From: an uncultured Candidatus Saccharibacteria bacterium
Lineage (GTDB): Bacteria; Patescibacteriota; UBA1384; XYA2-FULL-43-10; 1-14-0-10-43-13
NCBI GenBank assembly: GCA_964628585.1
Contig: CAZVMH010000001.1
Coordinates: 64,450-128,449, forward strand
Direction: 5' to 3'
DNA length: 64,000 nt
Part shown: positions 56,886 through 64,000 of the stretch, piece after piece
Position numbering within the stretch: the first letter of the stretch is position 1
Layout: each line of letters opens with the position of its first letter
Translations under genes and position numbers: made by a program
Notes under the pieces: generated by a model
What the model saw: the letters and a program-made list of their open reading frames with translations, nothing else
Told to the model about the DNA's origin: nothing
The model's database searches: none

Positions 56886-56914
56886 TTGCAAATTTTAGCG
56901 TTGTAGAGTAATAT
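56886..56914 (+). promoter_or_regulatory. Sigma70-like promoter (TTGCAA, 17-nt spacer, TAATAT)
   Basis: -35 at 56886-56891 and -10 at 56909-56914, upstream of the small membrane ORF and cdaA. Confidence 0.4.
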
Positions 56915-56948
56915 GTAAATACCAACAAGGTAGTAAAGAAATATAGTT

Positions 56949-57116
56949 ATGAATTCAAAAATGAAATGGGTATTATTCTTGATAATCTTAATTGCAATTG
57001 TAATCTTGTGCTTAAGAATATTTAGTCAGGAAGATGACTGGGTTTGTCAAAGAGGAGAATGGGTAAAACATGGCAATCCTACGGAAGCGATACCAAACCG
57101 ACAATGCCTCAAATAG
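56949..57116 (+). CDS. Possible small membrane-anchored protein (55 aa) with a paired-Cys extracytoplasmic tail
   Basis: MNSKMKWVLFLIILIAIVILCLRIFSQEDDWVCQRGEWVKHGNPTEAIPNRQCLK, downstream of a predicted promoter. Confidence 0.3.
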   Translation: MNSKMKWVLFLIILIAIVILCLRIFSQEDDWVCQRGEWVKHGNPTEAIPNRQCLK

Positions 57117-57180
57117 CATGACTCATACGAATAGCGAATTTTACTAATAACGAATAACGAATAAATAAGTAGGGGATAAA

Positions 57181-57993
57181 TTGGACGCTCTAAGTGGAAA
57201 AGTTCAAGGGATAGCCGAACGCTCTAGTTATTTTTTTAGTGATATAAAAATAAATTTCAATCTTCTCTCAGTTGTTGACGTTTTAATTGTTGCTTTTTTG
57301 TTGTATTGTGTCTATATCTTCCTAAAAGAAACAAGGGCGATGCGAATTTTATATGGCCTTTTGCTCATTGTAATATTAATGGCACTAGGAAAATTACTTG
57401 ATCTGGTGCTACTTAATTGGATACTTCGTAGCTTTGCCACAGCATTAATTGTCGCTATTCCAATTGTGTTTCAACCGGAGCTTCGAACGGCATTAGAGAA
57501 ACTTGGCAGAACAAAATTTCTTGGAGAACTCGCTTTTTCAAAAGAAGAATATGATAGTTCTCTTGGAAAGATTATCAATGCAGTCTTACTCTTATCGCAG
57601 AGAAAAACAGGAGCTCTCATAGTCTTACGCCGTCAGAACGGATTAAGAGATTATATTGAGAATGGTATTAAGATAAATGCCACAATTTCTACAGAAATGT
57701 TACTATCTATATTCTATCCCAAATCACCGCTTCATGACGGTGCAGCAATTATTGAAAATAATAAAATAGTTTCGGCCTCTTCAACTCTACCAGTTTCACA
57801 GCAAACACTAAGTCAAAACTTAGGCACAAGGCACAAGGCCGGGCTTGGGATAACTGAGGATTCTGATGCGATTTCAATTATTGTTTCTGAAGAAACAGGC
57901 GGTATTTCCGTTGCCGTTGGGGGTAAATTAGAAACAAAGATCTCTGAAGAGAGGTTAAAGAATAGATTAACAGCACTGTTACGTCAAAAGTAA
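57181..57993 (+). CDS. cdaA: Diadenylate cyclase (c-di-AMP synthase), membrane-anchored CdaA type
   Basis: Three N-terminal TM helices plus a DAC domain (LHDGAAII, GTRHKAGLGITE, SEETGGIS). Confidence 0.85.
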   Translation: MDALSGKVQGIAERSSYFFSDIKINFNLLSVVDVLIVAFLLYCVYIFLKETRAMRILYGLLLIVILMALGKLLDLVLLNWILRSFATALIVAIPIVFQPELRTALEKLGRTKFLGELAFSKEEYDSSLGKIINAVLLLSQRKTGALIVLRRQNGLRDYIENGIKINATISTEMLLSIFYPKSPLHDGAAIIENNKIVSASSTLPVSQQTLSQNLGTRHKAGLGITEDSDAISIIVSEETGGISVAVGGKLETKISEERLKNRLTALLRQK

Positions 57994-58010
57994 TTTAAAT
58001 ATATTAGTGT

Positions 58011-59231
58011 ATGCTTAAAAAATTACTAAAAAATCCCGGTATTAAAGTATTCTGTCTACTTGTGGCGGCTGTTTTATGGTTATATGTTGTGGCTGGTCAG
58101 AATACAGTAGGCAAATATCCTGGCTCAATCAAGATAAAAGCGATTAATGTTCCTTCCGGTTATGAGGCAATTTACGATATTAAAAGCGTTGATATAAAAA
58201 TATTAGCTGAACCGAGCATTTGGAAGAAGCTCTCTGTTGATTCGTTTTCTGCCTATGTAGATCTTTCTGGTCGAACTGGGGGCACCTATGAAATTCCAGT
58301 TACAGTTAATTGCTCAGTAGTGGGCGTATCAATAGTACAAAAAGATCCAGATCAAATTATTGTAAGGTTAGAAGAACTTATTACCAAGGAAGTTGATATT
58401 CAACCGAAAATTGAAGGTTCGGCTGGAGAAGGATTGATTGCGGGGTCTGTTGCCTTAGAACCTAGCAGAACAACTATTCGTGGCCCAAGAAGCATTATCA
58501 ATAGTATCTCTGAGGCAAACGCAGTAATTAAGTTAAATGGCGAGAAAGATTCTTTTGAGCGCGTAACCACCATATCTGCATTTAATGAGAATGGAATATT
58601 AATAAAAATTATTGAGTTCGTACCTTCCGAAACAAAAGCAAAGGTATCAATTGTAAAGGGCTCCAATAACAAAACGGTGGGTATTAAGGTTGTGACGAGT
58701 GGCCAACCTAAAGCGGGCTTTTACGTTTCAAATATATCTGTTACTCCAAACACAGTTGATATTGTTGGTCAATCGAGTGTACTTTCTTCTACTACATACA
58801 TTGAAACTTCAATTATTGACATTAATCAGATGGAGAGCAACCTTGATAAAGAAGTTATCTTAAATGTAAAAAACGGCATAGCTCTTCAAACCGGATCTCC
58901 TACAAAAGTAAGGGTAAAAATTGTTCTAAGTAAGGCAAATGTTTCTAGGGAGATGACAGCAACAATTAATCCTCAAAATTTACCTGCTGGCTATAGTATT
59001 ACTGGATATAGTACGACTCAAGTTAAAGTGGTTTGTTTTGGTCCTAGCGACATCATCTCTGACCTAAGAGATACCGATGTAGTATTAAATTTAAATTTTA
59101 GTGGTAAAAATATTACTGAAAATAATACTACGATTAATTTTGATCTCGCTTCGACTAGCTTTAGTGTCCCAGAAAAGGTAAATGTTGGCACGTTTTTACC
59201 CTCTTCTCTCTCAGTTAATCTATCTAAATAA
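58011..59231 (+). CDS. cdaR: CdaA regulatory protein CdaR (YbbR-domain repeats)
   Basis: 406-aa ORF with an N-terminal TM and repeated YbbR-like beta domains, immediately downstream of cdaA. Confidence 0.7.
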   Translation: MLKKLLKNPGIKVFCLLVAAVLWLYVVAGQNTVGKYPGSIKIKAINVPSGYEAIYDIKSVDIKILAEPSIWKKLSVDSFSAYVDLSGRTGGTYEIPVTVNCSVVGVSIVQKDPDQIIVRLEELITKEVDIQPKIEGSAGEGLIAGSVALEPSRTTIRGPRSIINSISEANAVIKLNGEKDSFERVTTISAFNENGILIKIIEFVPSETKAKVSIVKGSNNKTVGIKVVTSGQPKAGFYVSNISVTPNTVDIVGQSSVLSSTTYIETSIIDINQMESNLDKEVILNVKNGIALQTGSPTKVRVKIVLSKANVSREMTATINPQNLPAGYSITGYSTTQVKVVCFGPSDIISDLRDTDVVLNLNFSGKNITENNTTINFDLASTSFSVPEKVNVGTFLPSSLSVNLSK

Positions 59232-59307
59232 TTATTATAGAGGCAGATAATTTTATAAAATCCCTTTTTGTATTGACATGGTAAAAGCTACCCTGTAACA
59301 TATCTAA

Positions 59308-60441
59308 TTGTGGCGCGATAAGGCATCACAAATTATTATGGCATTATTTGACGAAATTGAACCTCCGTCGTCTCAAAATAGTGAGACGCACGAGAAAATA
59401 AAAAAATTATCCTCTAAAAAAAACAAATACCATTTTTACATAAATAGTAAATTATTCTCAGCTTTTGAGACATGGAATAAATTCGCAGAAACACTGAATA
59501 ATTTTTTTGTTGGACTCAAATTTGTTTTATCAAGCGGGAAATTCCTCCCCCACATTATTTTGCTTTTAATGGGAGCGATTGTTGGTGTAACGAATATTAC
59601 TCAAAAAAATGCAGCCAAGGCTTATTTTGAAGAAATTGTTACTGTTAATCCTAATATTAGCTTTGCTGTAAATGAAAGCGTCGCACAATATACTCCGATT
59701 ATTAAAAATAGCCAAAATATGCTTCGATCTTCATTGCTTGCCTCAAATATGTCAGATGGCTTTGTTGCCACTAATGCAACCGTTGCAACCGAACAAACTG
59801 CTACAGAAGAGCCAGCTGTTTTGGCTTCAAATGATCAGCAATCAGTTGACTATATTGTTCAAAACGGTGACACTTTAAGTGGTTTAGCCATGAAATATGA
59901 TGTAAAAGTTGCCTATTTGAAATATGTTAATAATCTCGATAATGAGAATTTGATTAAACCTGGTGTGAAACTAAAGATTCCATCAAAAGACTATTCTGTT
60001 TCATCTGCAGCAATTGCCAAAAAAGAAAAAGAGAGAAAGGCAAAGCTTGCCGCCGCTAATAGGAACACGACTACCAGAAGCGGAAGTACAATTACCGGGA
60101 GGGCTTCTTCTGTTAATCGAACTCCCGGTGCAAAAATTAATGGTTACCCCTACGGATGGTGCACATATTATGTTGCTACTCGAAGGTATGTCCCTTCAAG
60201 CTGGGGAAATGCCAGAAGTTGGCTCTCTTCTGCCAAAAGGGCGGGTTATGCCACTGGTAGCGAACCTGCTGCAGGTGCGATTGTAGTTACCTCTGAATCC
60301 GGCTGGGGCCATGTTGCCTATGTTGAAAGTGTAAATGGCGGAACTATTACGATCTCTGAAATGAACTACGAAGGTTGGGGAGTTACTTCTAGAAGAACAA
60401 TTTCAGCTAATGGAGGAGTTGTTCGTGGTTATGTTTATTAA
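59308..60441 (+). CDS. Peptidoglycan hydrolase with LysM and C-terminal CHAP domains
   Basis: LysM (DYIVQNGDTLSGLAMKYDVKVAYL) and CHAP (Cys in GYPYGWCTYYV; His in GWGHVAYVE). Confidence 0.75.
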   Translation: MWRDKASQIIMALFDEIEPPSSQNSETHEKIKKLSSKKNKYHFYINSKLFSAFETWNKFAETLNNFFVGLKFVLSSGKFLPHIILLLMGAIVGVTNITQKNAAKAYFEEIVTVNPNISFAVNESVAQYTPIIKNSQNMLRSSLLASNMSDGFVATNATVATEQTATEEPAVLASNDQQSVDYIVQNGDTLSGLAMKYDVKVAYLKYVNNLDNENLIKPGVKLKIPSKDYSVSSAAIAKKEKERKAKLAAANRNTTTRSGSTITGRASSVNRTPGAKINGYPYGWCTYYVATRRYVPSSWGNARSWLSSAKRAGYATGSEPAAGAIVVTSESGWGHVAYVESVNGGTITISEMNYEGWGVTSRRTISANGGVVRGYVY

Positions 60442-60549
60442 GTAAATACCTTTCTTATTGCTATGTTAAAAATTGTTAAATGTATTATTGCCTAGCAATT
60501 TTTTTGTAAAACTATTGTATAATAAAATTAATTAACAAAGGAGCTATTA

Positions 60550-61305
60550 ATGGAAGATAAATTTCGCAAATTGCGTACAATGAACATCTGGGCCATGTTC
60601 TTGCATTTGATCTCAGGTATTTTGATGGTCGTGCTGTCAACCAACTTAAAAGTGCCTGTCACGGCCTCGTTCTTAAAATTTGATGCTTTGACTCAAACTC
60701 TTGTGCCAGAATTAAGTACACTGTTTTCAATTAAGCTCGGTTTACTTGTTTCATCATTTCTTTTTATGTCAGCAATTGCTCATTTTATGATCGCTTTTCC
60801 ATTTAACAAATTTTATAACAACAATCTTAAAAGTCACATCAACATTGCTCGTTGGATAGAATATGCATTTTCTTCATCGGTAATGATAGCGGTAATATCA
60901 TTATTGGTGGGGATTAGTGATATTGCAACTTTAATAGTTATCATGTTCTTAAACGCAATGATGATTTTGTTTGGCTGGATGATGGAGCTTCACAACCAAA
61001 CTACAGAGAAAACTAACTGGACATCCTTTATTTTTGGTTGTTTTGCTGGAATTGGCCCATGGATAGCCATTGCTATCTATCTTGCTAGCCCAGGGAGTAC
61101 TTCGAATCCTCCGACTTTTGTTTATTGGATCTTCTTTTCGATTTTTATCTTTTTCAATATTTTTGCCATCAATCAGGTTCTCCAATACAAAAAAGTCGGC
61201 AAGTGGAAGGATTACCTATATGGAGAGAGAGTATACATCATATTATCTCTTGTAGCCAAATCACTTCTTGCCTGGCAAGTTTTTGCTGGAACCTTGAGGC
61301 CATAA
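60550..61305 (+). CDS. Heliorhodopsin-like 7TM retinal protein
   Basis: 251 aa with seven predicted TM helices. A Lys sits in TM7 (SLVAKSLLAWQ) and a Glu in TM3 (RWIEYAFSSSVM). ILFGWMME and GPWIAIAIYLASPGSTS segments resemble heliorhodopsins as I recall them (the 48C12 family). Confidence 0.65.
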   Translation: MEDKFRKLRTMNIWAMFLHLISGILMVVLSTNLKVPVTASFLKFDALTQTLVPELSTLFSIKLGLLVSSFLFMSAIAHFMIAFPFNKFYNNNLKSHINIARWIEYAFSSSVMIAVISLLVGISDIATLIVIMFLNAMMILFGWMMELHNQTTEKTNWTSFIFGCFAGIGPWIAIAIYLASPGSTSNPPTFVYWIFFSIFIFFNIFAINQVLQYKKVGKWKDYLYGERVYIILSLVAKSLLAWQVFAGTLRP

Positions 61306-61322
61306 CTCTACATAAAAGAAAA

Positions 61323-61346
61323 AGGGCTCCGGCCAGATCCGGGGCC
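61323..61346 (-). terminator. GC hairpin (GGGCTCCGG/CCGGGGCCC with one G-U) between the convergent heliorhodopsin and 61349..61729 genes; the U-tract is on the minus strand
   Basis: Inverted repeat followed on the minus strand by TTTTCTTTTAT. Confidence 0.5.
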
Positions 61347-61348
61347 CA

Positions 61349-61729
61349 CTAATCTTGGTTATACCAGGGGAGTTCTTTGCCGAAGACTCTTTCGCCGTCG
61401 GCGATCATACGGGCGCTTTTGCGCCTGATTTTCTCGTGCTCATCGACTCTTTGGCCGACCCACACGATCGAACCCTCAAGAAGCTCTCCTAGCAGGTTAT
61501 TCTGCTTGATAGTGTACTTGGCCATTGGGATAGCCAAGTACGTCCTGACCCTGCTGTTTCTGCAGCAATCCATGGTTGGGACTTCAAACCGAAATACCTG
61601 CCCTTTGGTAGTGCGAGCAGTGAACTGCTCCCACGTACCCGTAACGCTTCCTTTTCGCGGAGCAGACATGCTCCTCACTCCCTTCATTTTTGATACATCA
61701 ACAATATCACAAAAATGACAAAAAGTCAA
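61349..61729 (-). CDS. Hypothetical protein in a GC-rich islet
   Basis: 126-aa ORF (TTG start in the track; an internal Met start is possible). About 55% GC against the AT-rich surroundings. No recognisable motif. Confidence 0.35.
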   Translation of the reverse strand: MTFCHFCDIVDVSKMKGVRSMSAPRKGSVTGTWEQFTARTTKGQVFRFEVPTMDCCRNSRVRTYLAIPMAKYTIKQNNLLGELLEGSIVWVGQRVDEHEKIRRKSARMIADGERVFGKELPWYNQD

Positions 61730-61801
61730 TATATAGCCAACTATTTAACAATAATTCGTAAAGTGTTATGATTTTACTAAAGCAATAAAACAAGGATAAT
61801 T

Positions 61802-62302
61802 ATGGCAAGATATGAAGCAAAAACAGAAGAAAATAAATGCGTTTTCTGTGAGATTATAGCTGGAAGAATCTCAGCAAATATCTATTGGCAAGATGATGAA
61901 TTTCTGGCATTTTTATCAATTGATCCAAACACAGAGGGCTTCACTTGTGTCGTGCCAAAAAAACATTACAAGTCGGATGTAATGAAAATGTCAGATGACG
62001 TTCTAGGACGATTTATCGTTGCAAGTAAAAAAGTCTCAAAAGTTTTAGAAGATTATTTCGCTGATGTTGGCCGAGTAGGAGCGGTTATTGAAGGTCTTGG
62101 AATTGATCACGCACACATTAAACTTGTTCCAATGCACGGCACGGAATATTTAAAAAGAGGCGAATGGAAACAAAATTTGAGCGGAAAAGAGTTTTGGTTC
62201 CCAAAATATGAAGGCTGGATCTGTTCCGGAGGAGGGCCAAAAGCTGATGTCGAAAGCCTACAAAAACTAGGCGATGGGCTCAAAAAATTCCAGGAAAGTT
62301 AA
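61802..62302 (+). CDS. HIT-family (histidine triad-like) protein
   Basis: An N-terminal CVFCEII and a His-rich motif GIDHAHIKLVP. HIT-like, but the triad is not canonical. Confidence 0.5.
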   Translation: MARYEAKTEENKCVFCEIIAGRISANIYWQDDEFLAFLSIDPNTEGFTCVVPKKHYKSDVMKMSDDVLGRFIVASKKVSKVLEDYFADVGRVGAVIEGLGIDHAHIKLVPMHGTEYLKRGEWKQNLSGKEFWFPKYEGWICSGGGPKADVESLQKLGDGLKKFQES

Positions 62303-62417
62303 CGGCATGCCTGCCGGCGGGAAAGTTCAAAATAGACCGACAAAAAGATTTATTTTAATTCATATTAAATAATTGTTTTGGTAAATTAGTAATAAGAATC
62401 ATTAACGAAAGGTTTTT

Positions 62418-62627
62418 ATGATTATTGGACTATTTTTAATTATAATGGGCGTGCTTTGGGTTCTCACAAATGCAGGCGTTATCTCGGCCAATATGGAGGA
62501 TTTTATTTGGCCAATAGTTTTAATTGCTATTGGTGGTCAAATTCTTTTTGACCATTATCGCAAAGGCTCCAAAGTGGCCCCCTTCGGGGCCGGCAAAGAT
62601 TGTTGCAAACCTAAAGAAGATAAATAG
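62418..62627 (+). CDS. Small membrane protein (69 aa)
   Basis: Two hydrophobic helices and a C-terminal CCKPKEDK tail. Confidence 0.35.
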   Translation: MIIGLFLIIMGVLWVLTNAGVISANMEDFIWPIVLIAIGGQILFDHYRKGSKVAPFGAGKDCCKPKEDK

Positions 62628-62630
62628 TAT

Positions 62631-63134
62631 ATGAAGCCATTTACGCCTCAGATTACAAAAATTAAAGATCGAAAAGTTGTCACTGTTACATCTCTTGGTG
62701 ATCCTAATACTGTAATGGAGCCGTTCATGAAGGCACTCTATGGTGCCGTCTATTGGGCTAAAATGAAGGTGTACAAACCAAAGGGCATTAAGATGGAGCT
62801 TGGCAAGCTTTCGGCTTTCTGGCCAGATGCTCACTTGAAGCCCAAAAGCGAGTGGACAGGCATTTGGGGCGTGCCGGTGCCAGATTATGTGACCGAAAAA
62901 GATATTACTCAGAAAGATCCAAAGATTAAAGCTAAAGTCGCAGTCTGGAAGGGTGGAGAGTGTGCTGAAGTTTTATACATCGGCACTTACGCAGACGAAG
63001 GCCCAACGATTCAAAAGTTGCATGAATTTATCAAAGAATCGGGTTACAAGATGACTGGTATGCACGAAGAAGAATATCTAACTAAACCCGGCCCAAAAGC
63101 CAAAACTATTATTCGGTACTTAATTAAGAAATAA
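62631..63134 (+). CDS. GyrI-like small-molecule-binding domain protein (effector-binding fold)
   Basis: 167 aa. Its size and a C-terminal ...HEEEYLTKPGPKAKTIIRYLIKK are typical of GyrI-like/SOUL-type proteins. Moderate. Confidence 0.4.
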   Translation: MKPFTPQITKIKDRKVVTVTSLGDPNTVMEPFMKALYGAVYWAKMKVYKPKGIKMELGKLSAFWPDAHLKPKSEWTGIWGVPVPDYVTEKDITQKDPKIKAKVAVWKGGECAEVLYIGTYADEGPTIQKLHEFIKESGYKMTGMHEEEYLTKPGPKAKTIIRYLIKK

Positions 63135-63143
63135 GAAGAAAAA

Positions 63144-63461
63144 ATGCCAAAAACAAAACTAGAGAAATGGGCAATGTGGCTTGGTCTTCTTCCTTTTTTT
63201 AGCGGGCCAATTTTAGGGATTTCAGCAGCTCTGGTTGTGCCATTAATTTCTCGAACAACTAGTGAAAAAGTCGCCTCGACGATTGGCTTTAGCCTTGGGA
63301 TAGGATTGATTGTTCTAACTATTACTGCCTTTGTTTTGAATATTCTCGTCTACCGTACAGGCAATCGTTCTTTGTCAATGTGGATTGGACTGATCCCCTC
63401 AATTTTGGCTCTACTTTTTTGGATATTTATGATTGTTGGTGAATTTGCCTTTCCGCACTAA
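63144..63461 (+). CDS. Hypothetical membrane protein (3 TM)
   Basis: 105-aa ORF with predicted TM helices. Confidence 0.35.
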   Translation: MPKTKLEKWAMWLGLLPFFSGPILGISAALVVPLISRTTSEKVASTIGFSLGIGLIVLTITAFVLNILVYRTGNRSLSMWIGLIPSILALLFWIFMIVGEFAFPH

Positions 63462-63600
63462 ATAATAAATACCACTAGTTATTATCCTCGCGGTATTTAT
63501 TTAGAGCACCTATATCCAGATATAAAAACCGAACAAAACACGAACTTATCCACAAGCTCGGGCGTCTTGTAGCTTTGTGTATATGTGATATTATAAAACT

Positions 63601-64000
63601 ATGGAAAACAAAGCGATCGATACTCAAAAATTGGATGCACTGATTGATAAAAAAGCTGTTATAGGCGAAATACTCAAATCCCAAGACTTGCTTGGCACTT
63701 TTGGCCTTGCTGAATTTTTAGACACAGAAGACATCAAATACTTCGAGTCACTCGATATTTTCAAGGAGGGTGATAGCATTTATATTAATTGCCCCATTAC
63801 CAAGAAACCACGAATTGTCAAATCTTCTAAAAAAGGCTGTCCGGAAGAAATTATCAGACAACTTTATCTCATAAAATTAATAAAGCATTACGGTTATCCA
63901 GTTTCTAGAATCGAAATTGAGCGCCCTGTCACTTTTGGCAGAGAAAAAAGTAAAAGAGACGACATTGTTGTTTATCGAACCGATTCAAAAGAAGAAGAAT
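63601..64000 (+). CDS. Partial ORF (runs off the window end) with an HsdR_N-like / restriction-endonuclease-like N-terminal domain
   Basis: An open frame from ATG 63601 to the window end. The segment CPEEIIRQLYLIKLIKHYGYPVSRIEIERPVTFGREKSKRDDIVVY resembles the type I restriction R-subunit N-terminal (Mrr-cat-like) domain. It is preceded by a TTGTAG/TATTAT promoter-like sequence. Confidence 0.35.
   Translation, partial: MENKAIDTQKLDALIDKKAVIGEILKSQDLLGTFGLAEFLDTEDIKYFESLDIFKEGDSIYINCPITKKPRIVKSSKKGCPEEIIRQLYLIKLIKHYGYPVSRIEIERPVTFGREKSKRDDIVVYRTDSKEEE

Noticed and set aside
57118-57180. Short direct repeats cgaata/acgaata (tacgaatagcgaat...aacgaataacgaataaataag) upstream of cdaA
   Set aside because: Too short and irregular for a CRISPR or iteron array. 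It is likely an AT-rich promoter region, at most a possible transcription-factor site. It cannot be supported further from sequence alone.
1-64000. Search for CRISPR arrays, rRNA and tRNA genes
   Set aside because: No regularly spaced direct repeats were found. No tRNA-like T-loop or acceptor pattern was found in any intergenic region; intergenic spacers are short. No rRNA-like conserved stretches were found.

Overview
This window is mostly AT-rich (about 35% GC), gene-dense bacterial chromosome with a reduced, housekeeping-heavy repertoire. The low-GC part encodes seven aminoacyl-tRNA synthetases (tyrS, ileS, cysS, trpS, valS, pheST), gyrBA, infB, purF, a cdaA-cdaR c-di-AMP module and a sortase with a vWA surface protein. 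It also encodes a polysaccharide locus (sugar phosphotransferase, GT4, DUF4012-like), a LysM/CHAP hydrolase, giant surface proteins and a heliorhodopsin-like 7TM protein. The truncated PheS, DUF4012-like protein, small zinc-ribbon protein and giant TM-anchored proteins suggest a Patescibacteria/CPR-like or similar streamlined monoderm lineage; this is inference only. Sharply bounded GC-rich islands (about 50-55% GC) interrupt the AT-rich background, each flanked by GC-rich hairpins. Island 1 (59-4302) carries a promoter-driven operon of a small Cys-containing peptide, a radical-SAM/SPASM enzyme and MTA/5'-deoxyadenosine phosphorylase, plus an ABC-F ATPase. Island 2 (8479-12540) carries tyrS, a DUF62-type SAM hydroxide adenosyltransferase-like gene and two hypotheticals. 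Island 3 (13320-13860) carries a poly-Gly lipoprotein. A small islet at 61306-61740 carries one hypothetical gene. The most unusual features are (i) a type-2 IleRS with a complete histidine-phosphatase (PGAM-like) domain inserted into its zinc-knuckle loop, and (ii) the peptide/rSAM-SPASM/MTAP operon, a candidate RiPP-like system. Others are (iii) a heliorhodopsin-like gene, (iv) an MFS-half fused to IDI beside a ThiF/TcdA-like E1 and a P-loop kinase, and (v) a ~170-bp direct repeat of the pheT 3' end bracketing an L,D-transpeptidase gene. Finally (vi) there is a 1666-aa membrane-anchored protein with a C-terminal HExxH domain, followed by HEAT-like, FN3-like and lipoprotein genes. No CRISPR array, rRNA or tRNA gene was found.
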